Source: Fibrobacterales bacterium
Lineage (GTDB): Bacteria > Fibrobacterota > Fibrobacteria > Fibrobacterales > JAOPTW01
Length of the DNA: 64,000 nucleotides
Direction of reading: 5' to 3'
NCBI GenBank assembly: GCA_051532035.1
Contig: JAOPTW010000015.1
Location: 64,001-128,000, forward strand
How positions within the stretch are numbered: position 1 is the first letter of the stretch; each line of letters begins with the position of its first letter. The position numbers and the translations under genes were made by a program. Shown here piece by piece: positions 38,421 through 47,080 of the stretch. The notes beneath the pieces are model-generated. The model had not been told where the DNA came from and did not search any database. It was given only the letters and a program-made list of their open reading frames with translations.

Positions 38421-40190
38421 CTAAATATTCTCCATTAAGGTTATGGTACATTTTGAACGGGTACCGAGAAGATCACCCATTTCTGGTGATTGATTCACTA
38501 CCCATCCTGAGCCCGAAAAATCAACGACAACACCACGGCCTGCCATAAGAGCAACTGCTTCTCTAAGGGATTTACCTTTTAAATTTGGCATAATTGTTCT
38601 TTTTTCTACTTGGTCATCCTGAGACATCACATCTTTTGGATCAGTCGCTGGTAAAGTTTTAACGAATGTTCCTCGTAAGCCCTGTCTATTTATTCTTGGA
38701 GAGACCTGTACTTTTTCCATAATCTCTTTAAAGACTGGTCCAGCTGTACGTGCACCTGAGGTAAATGTTCTTGGCTCATCAATCACAACCATACAGACAT
38801 ACTGAGGATGTGCCGCTGGTACCATTCCAATAAATGATGAGTTCATTGATGAGCGAATATACCGCTTTTTATCGACACTATACTTTTCAGCAGTTCCGGT
38901 CTTGCCTGCAGTAGAGATAATATCAGATTGTAAATTTCTGGCAGTTCCATATTTAACAACACCAGCTAGCATATTACGAAGTTCAGATGCTGTCTCTTCC
39001 GATATCACTCTTCTAATGGTCTGCTTGGGGTTGTCAAGAACTACCTCACCCGTGGTACGCTCTCGTAGTTGTCTTACAATCCTCGGCTTGAGCAACTCTC
39101 CGCCATTCGCCACTGTTCCGTAAGCCATCGCAACCTGAAGAGGCGTGGTCATAATCTCATGCCCCATGGCCATAGTTACTAAGGTTCTTCCACTCCAGCG
39201 AGAAATATTTTTCAATCGACCTTTCTCTTCACCAGGAATCTGAATTCCTGTCTTTGTACCAAACCCAAATCGTCGTACATATCTGAAATAATCTTCTTTA
39301 CCGACTTTTGTTGCTACTTGGGCAAAGCCAACATTAGATGAGAATGCCATAGCATCAGCAAATGAGATCCACCCATATTTGTGTGTATCACGAATGACAT
39401 CACCATAAATTTTATAGACACCCATATTACCATTGATTGAATCATTTGATTGCATAATGCGCTCTTCGATCGCAGCTGCAGCTGCAACAACCTTAAAGGT
39501 AGATCCTGGCTCGTAGACTTTGGCAACAACATCATTTTTTGTAGCCGACAAATCAAGTTTTGAGAGATCATTAGGATCATAGTCGGGGTAACTTGCCATA
39601 GCCAGAATCTCGCCCGTATGAGGATCAATAACTACAGCAGTACCACGATCAGCTTTCACCTTTTTAACACCACGCTCAAGTGCTCCTTCAGCAATATGCT
39701 GAATCTCTTTATCAATGGTCAAAACTACATCTAATCCAGCAACAGGAGCAGCACCATCGAGCTGCATTCCTTCATAAATACGTCGCTTAACATCAACCTT
39801 CTTATAACGCCAGCCATCAATACCCCGGAGCTGATTATCAAAATAGCGTTCAACTCCAAGCATACCCTTACCATCACGACCGAGGTGCCCCAACACTTGT
39901 GACCCCAACTTACCGTATGGTAAAAAACGACGAACACTATTGTCTTTCACCGATTCTATATGCGTTTTAACAAGGACTGTGCCATTGCGGTCATAAATAG
40001 TACCTCTCTCTGGAAGCACTACCTGTCTTTGAGTTGATTGTCGATCGGATTTCTTGCTGAAGTAATCAGCTTTAACTATTTGTATATGAAAGGTGATCCC
40101 AACTATCAAAAACCACATAACTCCAAATAAGGCGAGAACGACTATCAGTCTCGACTCAATGCTAGAGGTGTTATTTCGATATTGGTGCAT
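38421..40190 (-). CDS. ftsI: Class B penicillin-binding protein (FtsI) with C-terminal PASTA domain
   Basis: RGTIYDRNG, G..GVE, EPGSTFK (SxxK), SSN, KTGT, MPNLKG.SLREA. Confidence 0.92.
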   Translation of the reverse strand: MHQYRNNTSSIESRLIVVLALFGVMWFLIVGITFHIQIVKADYFSKKSDRQSTQRQVVLPERGTIYDRNGTVLVKTHIESVKDNSVRRFLPYGKLGSQVLGHLGRDGKGMLGVERYFDNQLRGIDGWRYKKVDVKRRIYEGMQLDGAAPVAGLDVVLTIDKEIQHIAEGALERGVKKVKADRGTAVVIDPHTGEILAMASYPDYDPNDLSKLDLSATKNDVVAKVYEPGSTFKVVAAAAAIEERIMQSNDSINGNMGVYKIYGDVIRDTHKYGWISFADAMAFSSNVGFAQVATKVGKEDYFRYVRRFGFGTKTGIQIPGEEKGRLKNISRWSGRTLVTMAMGHEIMTTPLQVAMAYGTVANGGELLKPRIVRQLRERTTGEVVLDNPKQTIRRVISEETASELRNMLAGVVKYGTARNLQSDIISTAGKTGTAEKYSVDKKRYIRSSMNSSFIGMVPAAHPQYVCMVVIDEPRTFTSGARTAGPVFKEIMEKVQVSPRINRQGLRGTFVKTLPATDPKDVMSQDDQVEKRTIMPNLKGKSLREAVALMAGRGVVVDFSGSGWVVNQSPEMGDLLGTRSKCTITLMENI

Positions 40191-40191
40191 T

Positions 40192-40452
40192 TTATTTCTC
40201 TGTTATCGCCGTATAGGTTGCATTAAAGCCTAGGCCACGTTCCGCAGCTATTTGCTCAATTCTTTGACGGGAACGAAGGGTATTAATTTTAAACTCTTTT
40301 TTCTGTAATTCACTTTCAAGTGTTCTACAAATCGCCGCTAACCGTGTACTCTCTTTTTGGATGTCATTATACTTGTTCTGTTTCCACACCGGAAATGACG
40401 CGATCAATGCCATAACCAAAATACTTGCAATTATTATCACTATCCCTTTCAT
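40192..40452 (-). CDS. ftsL: Cell division protein FtsL-like
   Basis: TM helix, coiled coil and RIEQIA..RGL; lies between rsmH and ftsI. Confidence 0.7.
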   Translation of the reverse strand: MKGIVIIIASILVMALIASFPVWKQNKYNDIQKESTRLAAICRTLESELQKKEFKINTLRSRQRIEQIAAERGLGFNATYTAITEK

Positions 40453-40455
40453 TCT

Positions 40456-41382
40456 CTATACCCTTTCATAGACTCTTAGCTTTGCAGAGCGAGCCCGTGA
40501 GTTTTGTGCCACCTCATTTTCAGTTGGTGGCAACGGTTTATTGAATACTTTTTTAAAGGTGCGATTATTTGAGCCACACATACACACAGGTAATTCTTGT
40601 GGGCAAGTACATTCACGCTCTTTCTCTCGCATAATATTTTTTACCAATCGATCTTCGCCTGAGTGATAACTCAATACGCAAACTCGGCCTCCTGGCTTCA
40701 TAATACGTTCAAGGGAATCAAATGATTCTTCAATCTGCTTCAGTTCTTCATTAACTTCCATTCTGATACTTTGAAATGCCCGCGCAAGAAAATCATTATG
40801 TTTATGTGGCTGACCTTTGTACACTTTTTGGAGTACCGCTCTAAAGTCTGAAGGATACAGTTCATCTTCACCCTTAGACTCTACGAGTTCTTTTATTTTC
40901 TCAGCAAGATGGCGACTCTTTTTAAGATCGCCATTTTTTCTAAAACAGAGGGCGAGTGCATCTTCAGATATAGCCGACAAAAAATCGTATGCTGACTCTC
41001 CTGAGTCTTGATTCATACGCATATCAACTTTTTCATTTTCCCGAAAAGTAAAGCCACGTTCAGCTTTATCAAGTTGATGCGATGAGACCCCAAGGTCGTA
41101 AAGTATACCATCAACCGTTGCATCACCCAACACTTCACCTATTGTGGAAAAAGGACGATGGTGAGCTTTGAAATTTGAAAATTCTTTCAGACGTTCTGTT
41201 GCATAGGCGATTGCTTCAGGGTCTCGATCAAATGAATCAAGAGTACTCCCTGCTGTAATCCGTTTTAATATTTCCTGAGAATGACCGCCACCACCAAGAG
41301 TGCAATCAACATAATTCCCCTCTGGTTGCACAAGCATATACTCAAGAATTTCTGACACCATTACCGGCAAATGATAACTCAT
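40456..41382 (-). CDS. rsmH: 16S rRNA m4C1402 methyltransferase
   Basis: HLPVM, DCTLGGGGHS, DRD, DLGVSS.QLD..RGF, FQSIRMEVNEEL, SYHS.EDR, RARSAKLR. Confidence 0.95.
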   Translation of the reverse strand: MSYHLPVMVSEILEYMLVQPEGNYVDCTLGGGGHSQEILKRITAGSTLDSFDRDPEAIAYATERLKEFSNFKAHHRPFSTIGEVLGDATVDGILYDLGVSSHQLDKAERGFTFRENEKVDMRMNQDSGESAYDFLSAISEDALALCFRKNGDLKKSRHLAEKIKELVESKGEDELYPSDFRAVLQKVYKGQPHKHNDFLARAFQSIRMEVNEELKQIEESFDSLERIMKPGGRVCVLSYHSGEDRLVKNIMREKERECTCPQELPVCMCGSNNRTFKKVFNKPLPPTENEVAQNSRARSAKLRVYERV

Positions 41383-41385
41383 TAA

Positions 41386-41838
41386 TTAACCCTCATTTGT
41401 ATCATCAAAATAGAAGAAGTTGTCGTATTGATCCTCAGTTGGGTTACAAATTTCTGCATAGCGTTCAGGTGTCCAAATACTGACATGTTCCCCCTCACCA
41501 AGAAAGGTCACCTCTCCCTCAACACCTGCGTGGGCGCGTTGTTCTTCTGTAAGAGTGATACGGTGTTGACCATCTAATTTTGAAAGACGAGCTCCCCCCA
41601 TGAATTTGCGGAGTGAGTGAATATTTGAGCGAGTCTTGGGAAGGCTTTTAAGCTCGTGTAGATAATCGTTCCAAGCGGGTATTGAATATAGTCTGAGAGA
41701 GTGTTCCGGCCCAACCGTCACCATAACTTGTCCCTCGCTTTCAGCAGGGAGTAGCTTACGTAACTCTTTTGGGAATGAACAACGACCTTTAGTATCTAAA
41801 GTTGTCGTGCTATTTCCAAAGAAACCTAAAACACTCAT
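41386..41838 (-). CDS. mraZ: Division/cell-wall cluster transcriptional repressor MraZ
   Basis: Two DxxxR motifs (LDTKGR, LDGQHRI); first gene of the dcw cluster. Confidence 0.88.
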   Translation of the reverse strand: MSVLGFFGNSTTTLDTKGRCSFPKELRKLLPAESEGQVMVTVGPEHSLRLYSIPAWNDYLHELKSLPKTRSNIHSLRKFMGGARLSKLDGQHRITLTEEQRAHAGVEGEVTFLGEGEHVSIWTPERYAEICNPTEDQYDNFFYFDDTNEG

Positions 41839-41842
41839 ACAA

Positions 41843-41888
41843 ATTCACTTTTACCCATAATTACCCTAAAGATACCATTCTTCCCCAC
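41843..41888 (-). promoter_or_regulatory. MraZ-type operator array 1 (five hexamers at exact 10-bp period)
   Basis: Minus strand reads GTGGGG, ATGGTA, TAGGGT, ATGGGT, GTGAAT directly before the mraZ ATG, with a TATTCT -10-like box at 41894-41899. Confidence 0.7.
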
Positions 41889-41943
41889 TATTTAGAATAA
41901 GTTTTTAGTAAATAGATTATTTTACCTGTCAGCACCCTCCTAA

Positions 41944-41959
41944 ACACAACATATTGTGG
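41944..41959. promoter_or_regulatory. NrdR-box-like palindrome
   Basis: ACACAACATATTGTGG matches the consensus acaCwAtATaTwGtgt at 14 of 16 positions. Confidence 0.5.
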
Positions 41960-41989
41960 GTCAAGTGCATCCTCTACACAATGAGACTT

Positions 41990-42015
41990 TCGGGTAAGCG
42001 TGGGGTAAAATGGTG
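41990..42015 (+). promoter_or_regulatory. MraZ-type operator array 2 (opposite orientation)
   Basis: TCGGGT, GTGGGG, ATGGTG at 41990, 42000 and 42010. Confidence 0.45.
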
Positions 42016-42187
42016 ATACTTTTTCAGTTTTTGAAATTTTAGGCCAGCGCAGAGAATAATTTTTAACACATCACAAAAATTGTTGGAGCCTATGACGCGA
42101 GAGTTACAATGATTTTTTCACTAGACTAATAATATAAGAAAGCGAAAATCGGCAACTAATACGGCACTCTTTTCGGAGTTAAAAAAC

Positions 42188-42231
42188 AAAAAAGCCTCCC
42201 CCTCTTTGAATATATGAGGGGGAGGCTTTTT
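42188..42231. terminator. Intrinsic terminator after the TSP3-repeat gene
   Basis: A6-GCCTCCCCCTC...GAGGGGGAGGC-T5, an 11-bp stem. Confidence 0.8.
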
Positions 42232-42250
42232 AAAGTTGCTGCAATATGTG

Positions 42251-43174
42251 TTATCGTCTGATAATCTTCAACTTCTTAATTTGATTATAGTCATCTTCAG
42301 AGTCTTTTAAGCTTTCATAGAGCTCTTCAGTTACTGTACGTACTCTAATTTGATTCTCTTTATTAACCCCTTGCTCCACCAAATATTCAACAATTGCGGT
42401 GGTGCGGTCATTCAAGAGTTCTATATACTCAGGAAGTTCAATTTCAATTTTCTTCATATAGATGTATATGAAAATTTTGTGATGCGGATAGGCTTTAAGC
42501 CCAGTCACTAATTGATTATCTAGTATAATTTTATCATTAAAGGTAAGCTCGGGAGTGCCAGTAATGAAAGAGATATCGAGGTAGGTCTCTGTAGGAATAG
42601 GATCTGCACCGGCATCAGGGCATCCATCGTCATCATCTTTACCATTAAAATTTTCTGGAGCATTAGGACAGTTATCAAAAACATCCTTTATACCATCATT
42701 ATCATTATCATCTTCGGGGCACCCATCATCATCTTGGAATTCGTCACGATCTTCTTTATCAAGAGGGCATTTATCATTAATATCAAGGATTCCATCTTGG
42801 TCATTATCAAGTTCGGGACACCCGTCTGTGTCTTCAAAGTTATCACGATCTTCTGCAACGAGCGGACATTTGTCTCGTGAGTCAGGCATTCCATCTTTAT
42901 CATTATCAGTGTCAGGACAACCATCATCATCTTCAAATCCATCAAGATCTTCTGCAACGAGCGGGCATTTATCTTTTGAGTCGGCCACTTTATCTCGATC
43001 ATTGTCAGGGTCTGGACATCCGTCATTATCTTCAAAGTTGTCACGATCCTCACTGATTTTAGGGCACTCATCAACCTCATTAGGTATGCCATCAAGGTCT
43101 ATATCATTAGAACCACATCCAACAATCCCCCACAGTACTACTGCAAGAACAGATAATTTATTGACACTGTACAT
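42251..43174 (-). CDS. Lipoprotein with thrombospondin type-3 (Ca-binding) repeats and a degenerate OmpA-like C-terminal domain
   Basis: Lipobox IVGC, five D.D.DG..D..D.CP...ED.D.F.D.DGCP units, then F.TG...L...R..AIVEYLVEQGV. Start could be GTG 43183. Confidence 0.75.
   Translation of the reverse strand: MYSVNKLSVLAVVLWGIVGCGSNDIDLDGIPNEVDECPKISEDRDNFEDNDGCPDPDNDRDKVADSKDKCPLVAEDLDGFEDDDGCPDTDNDKDGMPDSRDKCPLVAEDRDNFEDTDGCPELDNDQDGILDINDKCPLDKEDRDEFQDDDGCPEDDNDNDGIKDVFDNCPNAPENFNGKDDDDGCPDAGADPIPTETYLDISFITGTPELTFNDKIILDNQLVTGLKAYPHHKIFIYIYMKKIEIELPEYIELLNDRTTAIVEYLVEQGVNKENQIRVRTVTEELYESLKDSEDDYNQIKKLKIIRR
42612..43107 (-). repeat. Five tandem 99-nt (33-aa) coding repeats
   Basis: Visible in the translation and in the DNA (for example, tcttctgcaacgagcgg occurs twice, 99 nt apart). 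Boundaries approximate. Confidence 0.85.
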
Positions 43175-43408
43175 TTTACTCACATATCTTTTTTTTATAT
43201 TGAGATGAAATGTATAAAAATAGCACTTTCTCTGCAACAGAAGGCCCCCTACAGACCACACTCAGAGGGTTAAATAGCTCAATTCTCATCTCTCATCCTC
43301 TTCAATCTCACCTATTTTTAGCATTTTTAGCCGTTTCCAACATTTTTCCTCAACATTAAAGAAGAAAAATACGATATATTAGATACATACCCTCAATGCA
43401 CTATCACT

Positions 43409-43705
43409 ATGGCACATCAGAAAGAGTATTATCGTTCCACCAGAAAGTCTCTCGACATCGAGCAGCTCCAAGATATCTTTCTCCCTGTAAAGATGGCGCT
43501 CGGTACAAAAGACATGACAATCAGGAGCCTACTGAATCTGAAAAAAGGGTCAATCGTTCAACTCCCTCGAACCGCTGGGGAAAATGTCGATCTTATCGTC
43601 AATGATAAAACCCTAGCCAAGGGAGAAGTTGTCGTCATAAATGGTCACTTTGGATTTAGACTTGTTATACTACTCAATCCGAGTGAACGATTAAAAAACA
43701 TGTAA
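43409..43705 (+). CDS. fliN: Flagellar motor switch FliN-like (SpoA domain) protein
   Basis: LG...MTIR.LL.L..GSIV.L...AGE.VDL.VN....AKGEVVVIN..FG.R and C-terminal PSERL. Confidence 0.75.
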   Translation: MAHQKEYYRSTRKSLDIEQLQDIFLPVKMALGTKDMTIRSLLNLKKGSIVQLPRTAGENVDLIVNDKTLAKGEVVVINGHFGFRLVILLNPSERLKNM

Positions 43706-43822
43706 CCCTAACATACAGAGCCTTCATTACCCACATCTAAGCCAGATAACAATCTGATCTGTTGAGATTAGTGCTATTTTAGGTATATTTAATTATCTGA
43801 GATTAAATGATTTTTATTCCTT

Positions 43823-44206
43823 GTGGCGAGCAATACCGATATCACAATAGAAAGTTATGGACTATACACTGGTTGGGACTCCCATGGCGGACCTCTTCCT
43901 CGCATTGTGCAATACACTACCGATATCCCTATTGGCCCTACTAGTGAATTTGGCATACTATTACTTATTAAGAAGTGTAAAAATAGCATGCTCACCTTCA
44001 CAATGGAACACCCACCATGGAAAGAAAACGGGACTATGGTCCCTGACTTTACTGGAGAGGCCTACATTAAATCCAATGAGTACCGATACTATATCGGGGA
44101 TAGATTTTGTGAGCCCTACGAGGACAAAGCAGGTCCTTGGACAATTATGGTCGCCATTGATGGCACCCAGGTAGCAACAAAAACCTTTAACACTTTTCTA
44201 CCATAG
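43823..44206 (+). CDS. DUF3859-like protein
   Basis: SYGLY..WD....LP.I..YTTDIP.....EFG, YYIGD...EP..DK.G.W, VATKTF; recognised by pattern only. Confidence 0.6.
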   Translation: MASNTDITIESYGLYTGWDSHGGPLPRIVQYTTDIPIGPTSEFGILLLIKKCKNSMLTFTMEHPPWKENGTMVPDFTGEAYIKSNEYRYYIGDRFCEPYEDKAGPWTIMVAIDGTQVATKTFNTFLP

Positions 44207-44216
44207 CGAGTACCTT

Positions 44217-46973
44217 ATGAACACACCTATTAAACAATTCTTGACATTCAACCGTACCGGCTGGACGGGCCTCATATACGCTTCCATCATAGTGGTCATT
44301 GCAGGAATCATATTTCAACTCACGGATACAAGTGCCGCTAAAGCATGGGATCTCGAGTGGAGTTACGAATTTATGGTGGGAACCGCACTCATCATGTGCC
44401 TCGGCTTTATTCTCAATGCCCGGGATATCATTCAACGTACCAAACAGCACCTCCCCAATCAAAAATCACTTATTGTACTGGGTATAATTGTACTCTTTTT
44501 TGGAGGATTCACCTGGACACAGATAGAAAAACAACATCGAGTTCTCAGTGATGAAACATCATGGGAGTCAATGGCTATAAACATGCATTTCAACGGTAGA
44601 GCGGGCACCTGTAACCAAGGCTACTATGAAGAAGGGGCGCTCGTCTGCACCGATGAAGTCAATAATTTTAAAGGCAAAGCATCTGGTCTTGCAAACAAAA
44701 TCGCTTTTAGCATTCTTGGTGACGCTACCAGAGATCAAGCATTACAGGTAAACTACTTCTTTTATATCGCTTCAATCCTTTTGCTTTTCTACGGGTTTTT
44801 CCTTGCAACAAAAAACGAATCGATCGCCCTCATTGCCACCATCTTTTTTGCGTCATTCCCCACAATGATGTTTCAATCTCAAACAGCAACGACCGAGGTC
44901 ATGTATGTATTCCTTTTCGCAATTTTGCTCGTTGTTGTACAACTCTTTCACAATGAGTCCCCGACAAAGGGTACTACGCAACTCAAGTTAAAACATTTTG
45001 TACTAATCATCCCTCTTCTCGGCTTTTTTGCACAGACTCGCCAAGAGACTGTATTCTGTATTCTTCCTTTTGTCTTCTATTTTCACACCTTTTTCAAACA
45101 GAAATCATGGTACCTCCCCGCTTTCACTTTTTTAGTGCTCCTCGCCTCACTACCAGTGCTCAACACTATCTGTGCTTACAAAGGGTATGGATTTCAAGGT
45201 GGCGAATATGATGCACACTCATTCTGGAACCTTACTACCAACTTATGGACCAATGTTGAAGTAATGCTGAACTGGGGATCTGATTATGCCGGCCTCCTCA
45301 AAAGTCCATGGAACACCACTGTTGCAATCCTTCTCTATCTTGGAGCAATATACCTTACTGCACGCGTTCTCTTTAATGAAAAGTATCGCTGGGGCTACCT
45401 CTTAGTTCTTGCCTATCAACTTCAAGCAATTGTGATCATGGTCAACGTCTCAGGAAACTTTACCATAGGTATTAACCAACGCTATGTGCTCGTTGCATTT
45501 CCCTCTTTTGCGCTTATTCTCGGGATATTTCTCCACGATGTCAGTAATCGTTTAGCCTTGTTAAAAACAAACCCTCTGGCACCCAAAATATTTGGCGCAC
45601 TCAACGGCGCTTGGATAGGTGCCTTTATTATTTTCACCTATCATAAAGATCGCTTTTTCTCACTCCCCTCAGACTCCTTTTTTGGTGCCGCCATCGAACT
45701 CATATGGAAGGTAGTGCTCTTCGCCGCACTCATTACCGCAATTAGTTATGTCATTACTGTTGCGTTCAAAAAAATAAGTAACCTTAAAAAGCCACTCCCG
45801 CAATATTCAACAGTTATCGCCGCACTCGCTCTCATGACTTTTTTAACACTCTACCATCATGAAAGCTTTACAGAAAACATTCAGTATCGACGCAACAAAC
45901 TCCTCACCGAAGAAGCAGTGCTCAATATCGAACTCAAAAACCTTCCTAAGAACGCTATTTATATCTATAGTCGCCCTTGGCAGATGCTTGCACAAGGCTT
46001 GAACGCCTTTAGTGAATCAAAAATTCTTCGGTGGTCTGATGCCGAATACGCTAAGTGGAAAGAGTTTTCGAATGATAACATCTACATTGTACGGGGACAA
46101 GATGGGTTTGGTACCGTCAATAAAAAATCTCGAGTAGTAGGCTTTAAAACAACCGACAAAGTTACTCAGATTCTTGAAATGTTCGAAACCAAAGAGGTGT
46201 ACAAAAATTCTAAGGATTTTGGCTACCCACTCTCTGTAACACAACTTAAAAACAGAAAGGGGCGCAGCCCTTTTCAGAGTAATATATACATAGAACCCCC
46301 CACTGTTACAGAAGGCAAAACTAAAATAACTATTCGCAAAAAATTTGATGAGGCTGTTACACTGCATCTCTCCATTATTGCAACAGCAACAAACAACGAA
46401 ATATATACTGAAACATCGATTCAAACAGAGAGACGCTTTTCTATACCCATTGTCGATCTACAAAAAGGGATGCATACACTCTCAGTCTCTATTAATCTCC
46501 CCGATTCAACACAATACACCTACAATAGCCACCTTTTTAATGCTCAAGACGCTCAACAGCTCACAAATATACCCGCATGGAAAAACCTACAGAGCTGGGG
46601 CTCCCTTGGAATCAACAAGAGCGTCATGAATAATGAACTCACCATCGACGGAAAACGGTTTAGCTTTGGCTTCGGCTCTCACAGTTTTAGCTCCATCCAA
46701 TTCAAATTGAACGGCAAATACACTCGTTTCTATAGCAAATTAGGCCTTGATGATGAAGACATGTGTGGCGATGGTATTGTCGCAAAAATATTTGGTGATG
46801 ACCGCCTACTCTTTACCTCAGATACTCTCCACGCGCAAGAGCTCGCAACACTTACCAATGGAACAGAATTAGGAATTGATATTACCCGAGTCCAAACATT
46901 AAGACTGGTAACTGACTCTCTTACTAACAAAAGCTGTGATCACATTAACTGGGTCAACCCTTGGCTTGAATAG
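44217..46973 (+). CDS. Polytopic GT-C-like (PMT/ArnT-type) membrane protein with C-terminal NPCBM/NEW2 domain
   Basis: Many TM helices, SDE motif in the first external loop, TRQE, QRY, and C-terminal QSWG..G.NKS...LTIDG..F..GFGSHS...GLDD...CDH.NW. Confidence 0.65.
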   Translation: MNTPIKQFLTFNRTGWTGLIYASIIVVIAGIIFQLTDTSAAKAWDLEWSYEFMVGTALIMCLGFILNARDIIQRTKQHLPNQKSLIVLGIIVLFFGGFTWTQIEKQHRVLSDETSWESMAINMHFNGRAGTCNQGYYEEGALVCTDEVNNFKGKASGLANKIAFSILGDATRDQALQVNYFFYIASILLLFYGFFLATKNESIALIATIFFASFPTMMFQSQTATTEVMYVFLFAILLVVVQLFHNESPTKGTTQLKLKHFVLIIPLLGFFAQTRQETVFCILPFVFYFHTFFKQKSWYLPAFTFLVLLASLPVLNTICAYKGYGFQGGEYDAHSFWNLTTNLWTNVEVMLNWGSDYAGLLKSPWNTTVAILLYLGAIYLTARVLFNEKYRWGYLLVLAYQLQAIVIMVNVSGNFTIGINQRYVLVAFPSFALILGIFLHDVSNRLALLKTNPLAPKIFGALNGAWIGAFIIFTYHKDRFFSLPSDSFFGAAIELIWKVVLFAALITAISYVITVAFKKISNLKKPLPQYSTVIAALALMTFLTLYHHESFTENIQYRRNKLLTEEAVLNIELKNLPKNAIYIYSRPWQMLAQGLNAFSESKILRWSDAEYAKWKEFSNDNIYIVRGQDGFGTVNKKSRVVGFKTTDKVTQILEMFETKEVYKNSKDFGYPLSVTQLKNRKGRSPFQSNIYIEPPTVTEGKTKITIRKKFDEAVTLHLSIIATATNNEIYTETSIQTERRFSIPIVDLQKGMHTLSVSINLPDSTQYTYNSHLFNAQDAQQLTNIPAWKNLQSWGSLGINKSVMNNELTIDGKRFSFGFGSHSFSSIQFKLNGKYTRFYSKLGLDDEDMCGDGIVAKIFGDDRLLFTSDTLHAQELATLTNGTELGIDITRVQTLRLVTDSLTNKSCDHINWVNPWLE

Positions 46974-46979
46974 CGCTTT

Positions 46980-47012
46980 CCCCTTCAGCACTTACTGAAG
47001 GGGCTAATTTTA
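46980..47012 (+). terminator. Probable terminator hairpin
   Basis: CCCCTTCAG-CACTTA-CTGAAGGGG with a weak T-tail. Confidence 0.5.
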
Positions 47013-47080
47013 ACAAAATCCTGCCTTTTTATACCCTAATTTTGTACATTTGCATTGCATAATTTACAAAACCGGACATC

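Noticed and set aside
42612..43107. Periodic DNA as a possible CRISPR array
   Set aside because: The units are in-frame 99-nt coding repeats with synonymous variation, with no unique spacers and no cas genes.
42688..43208. Met/Ile-rich and Ser-rich ORFs over the TSP3 repeats
   Set aside because: These are frame and antisense shadows of repeated GAT codons.
44187..44462. Antisense 91-aa ORF and the many similar 60-130 aa antisense ORFs
   Set aside because: They lie opposite well-supported genes and lack RBS or motifs.
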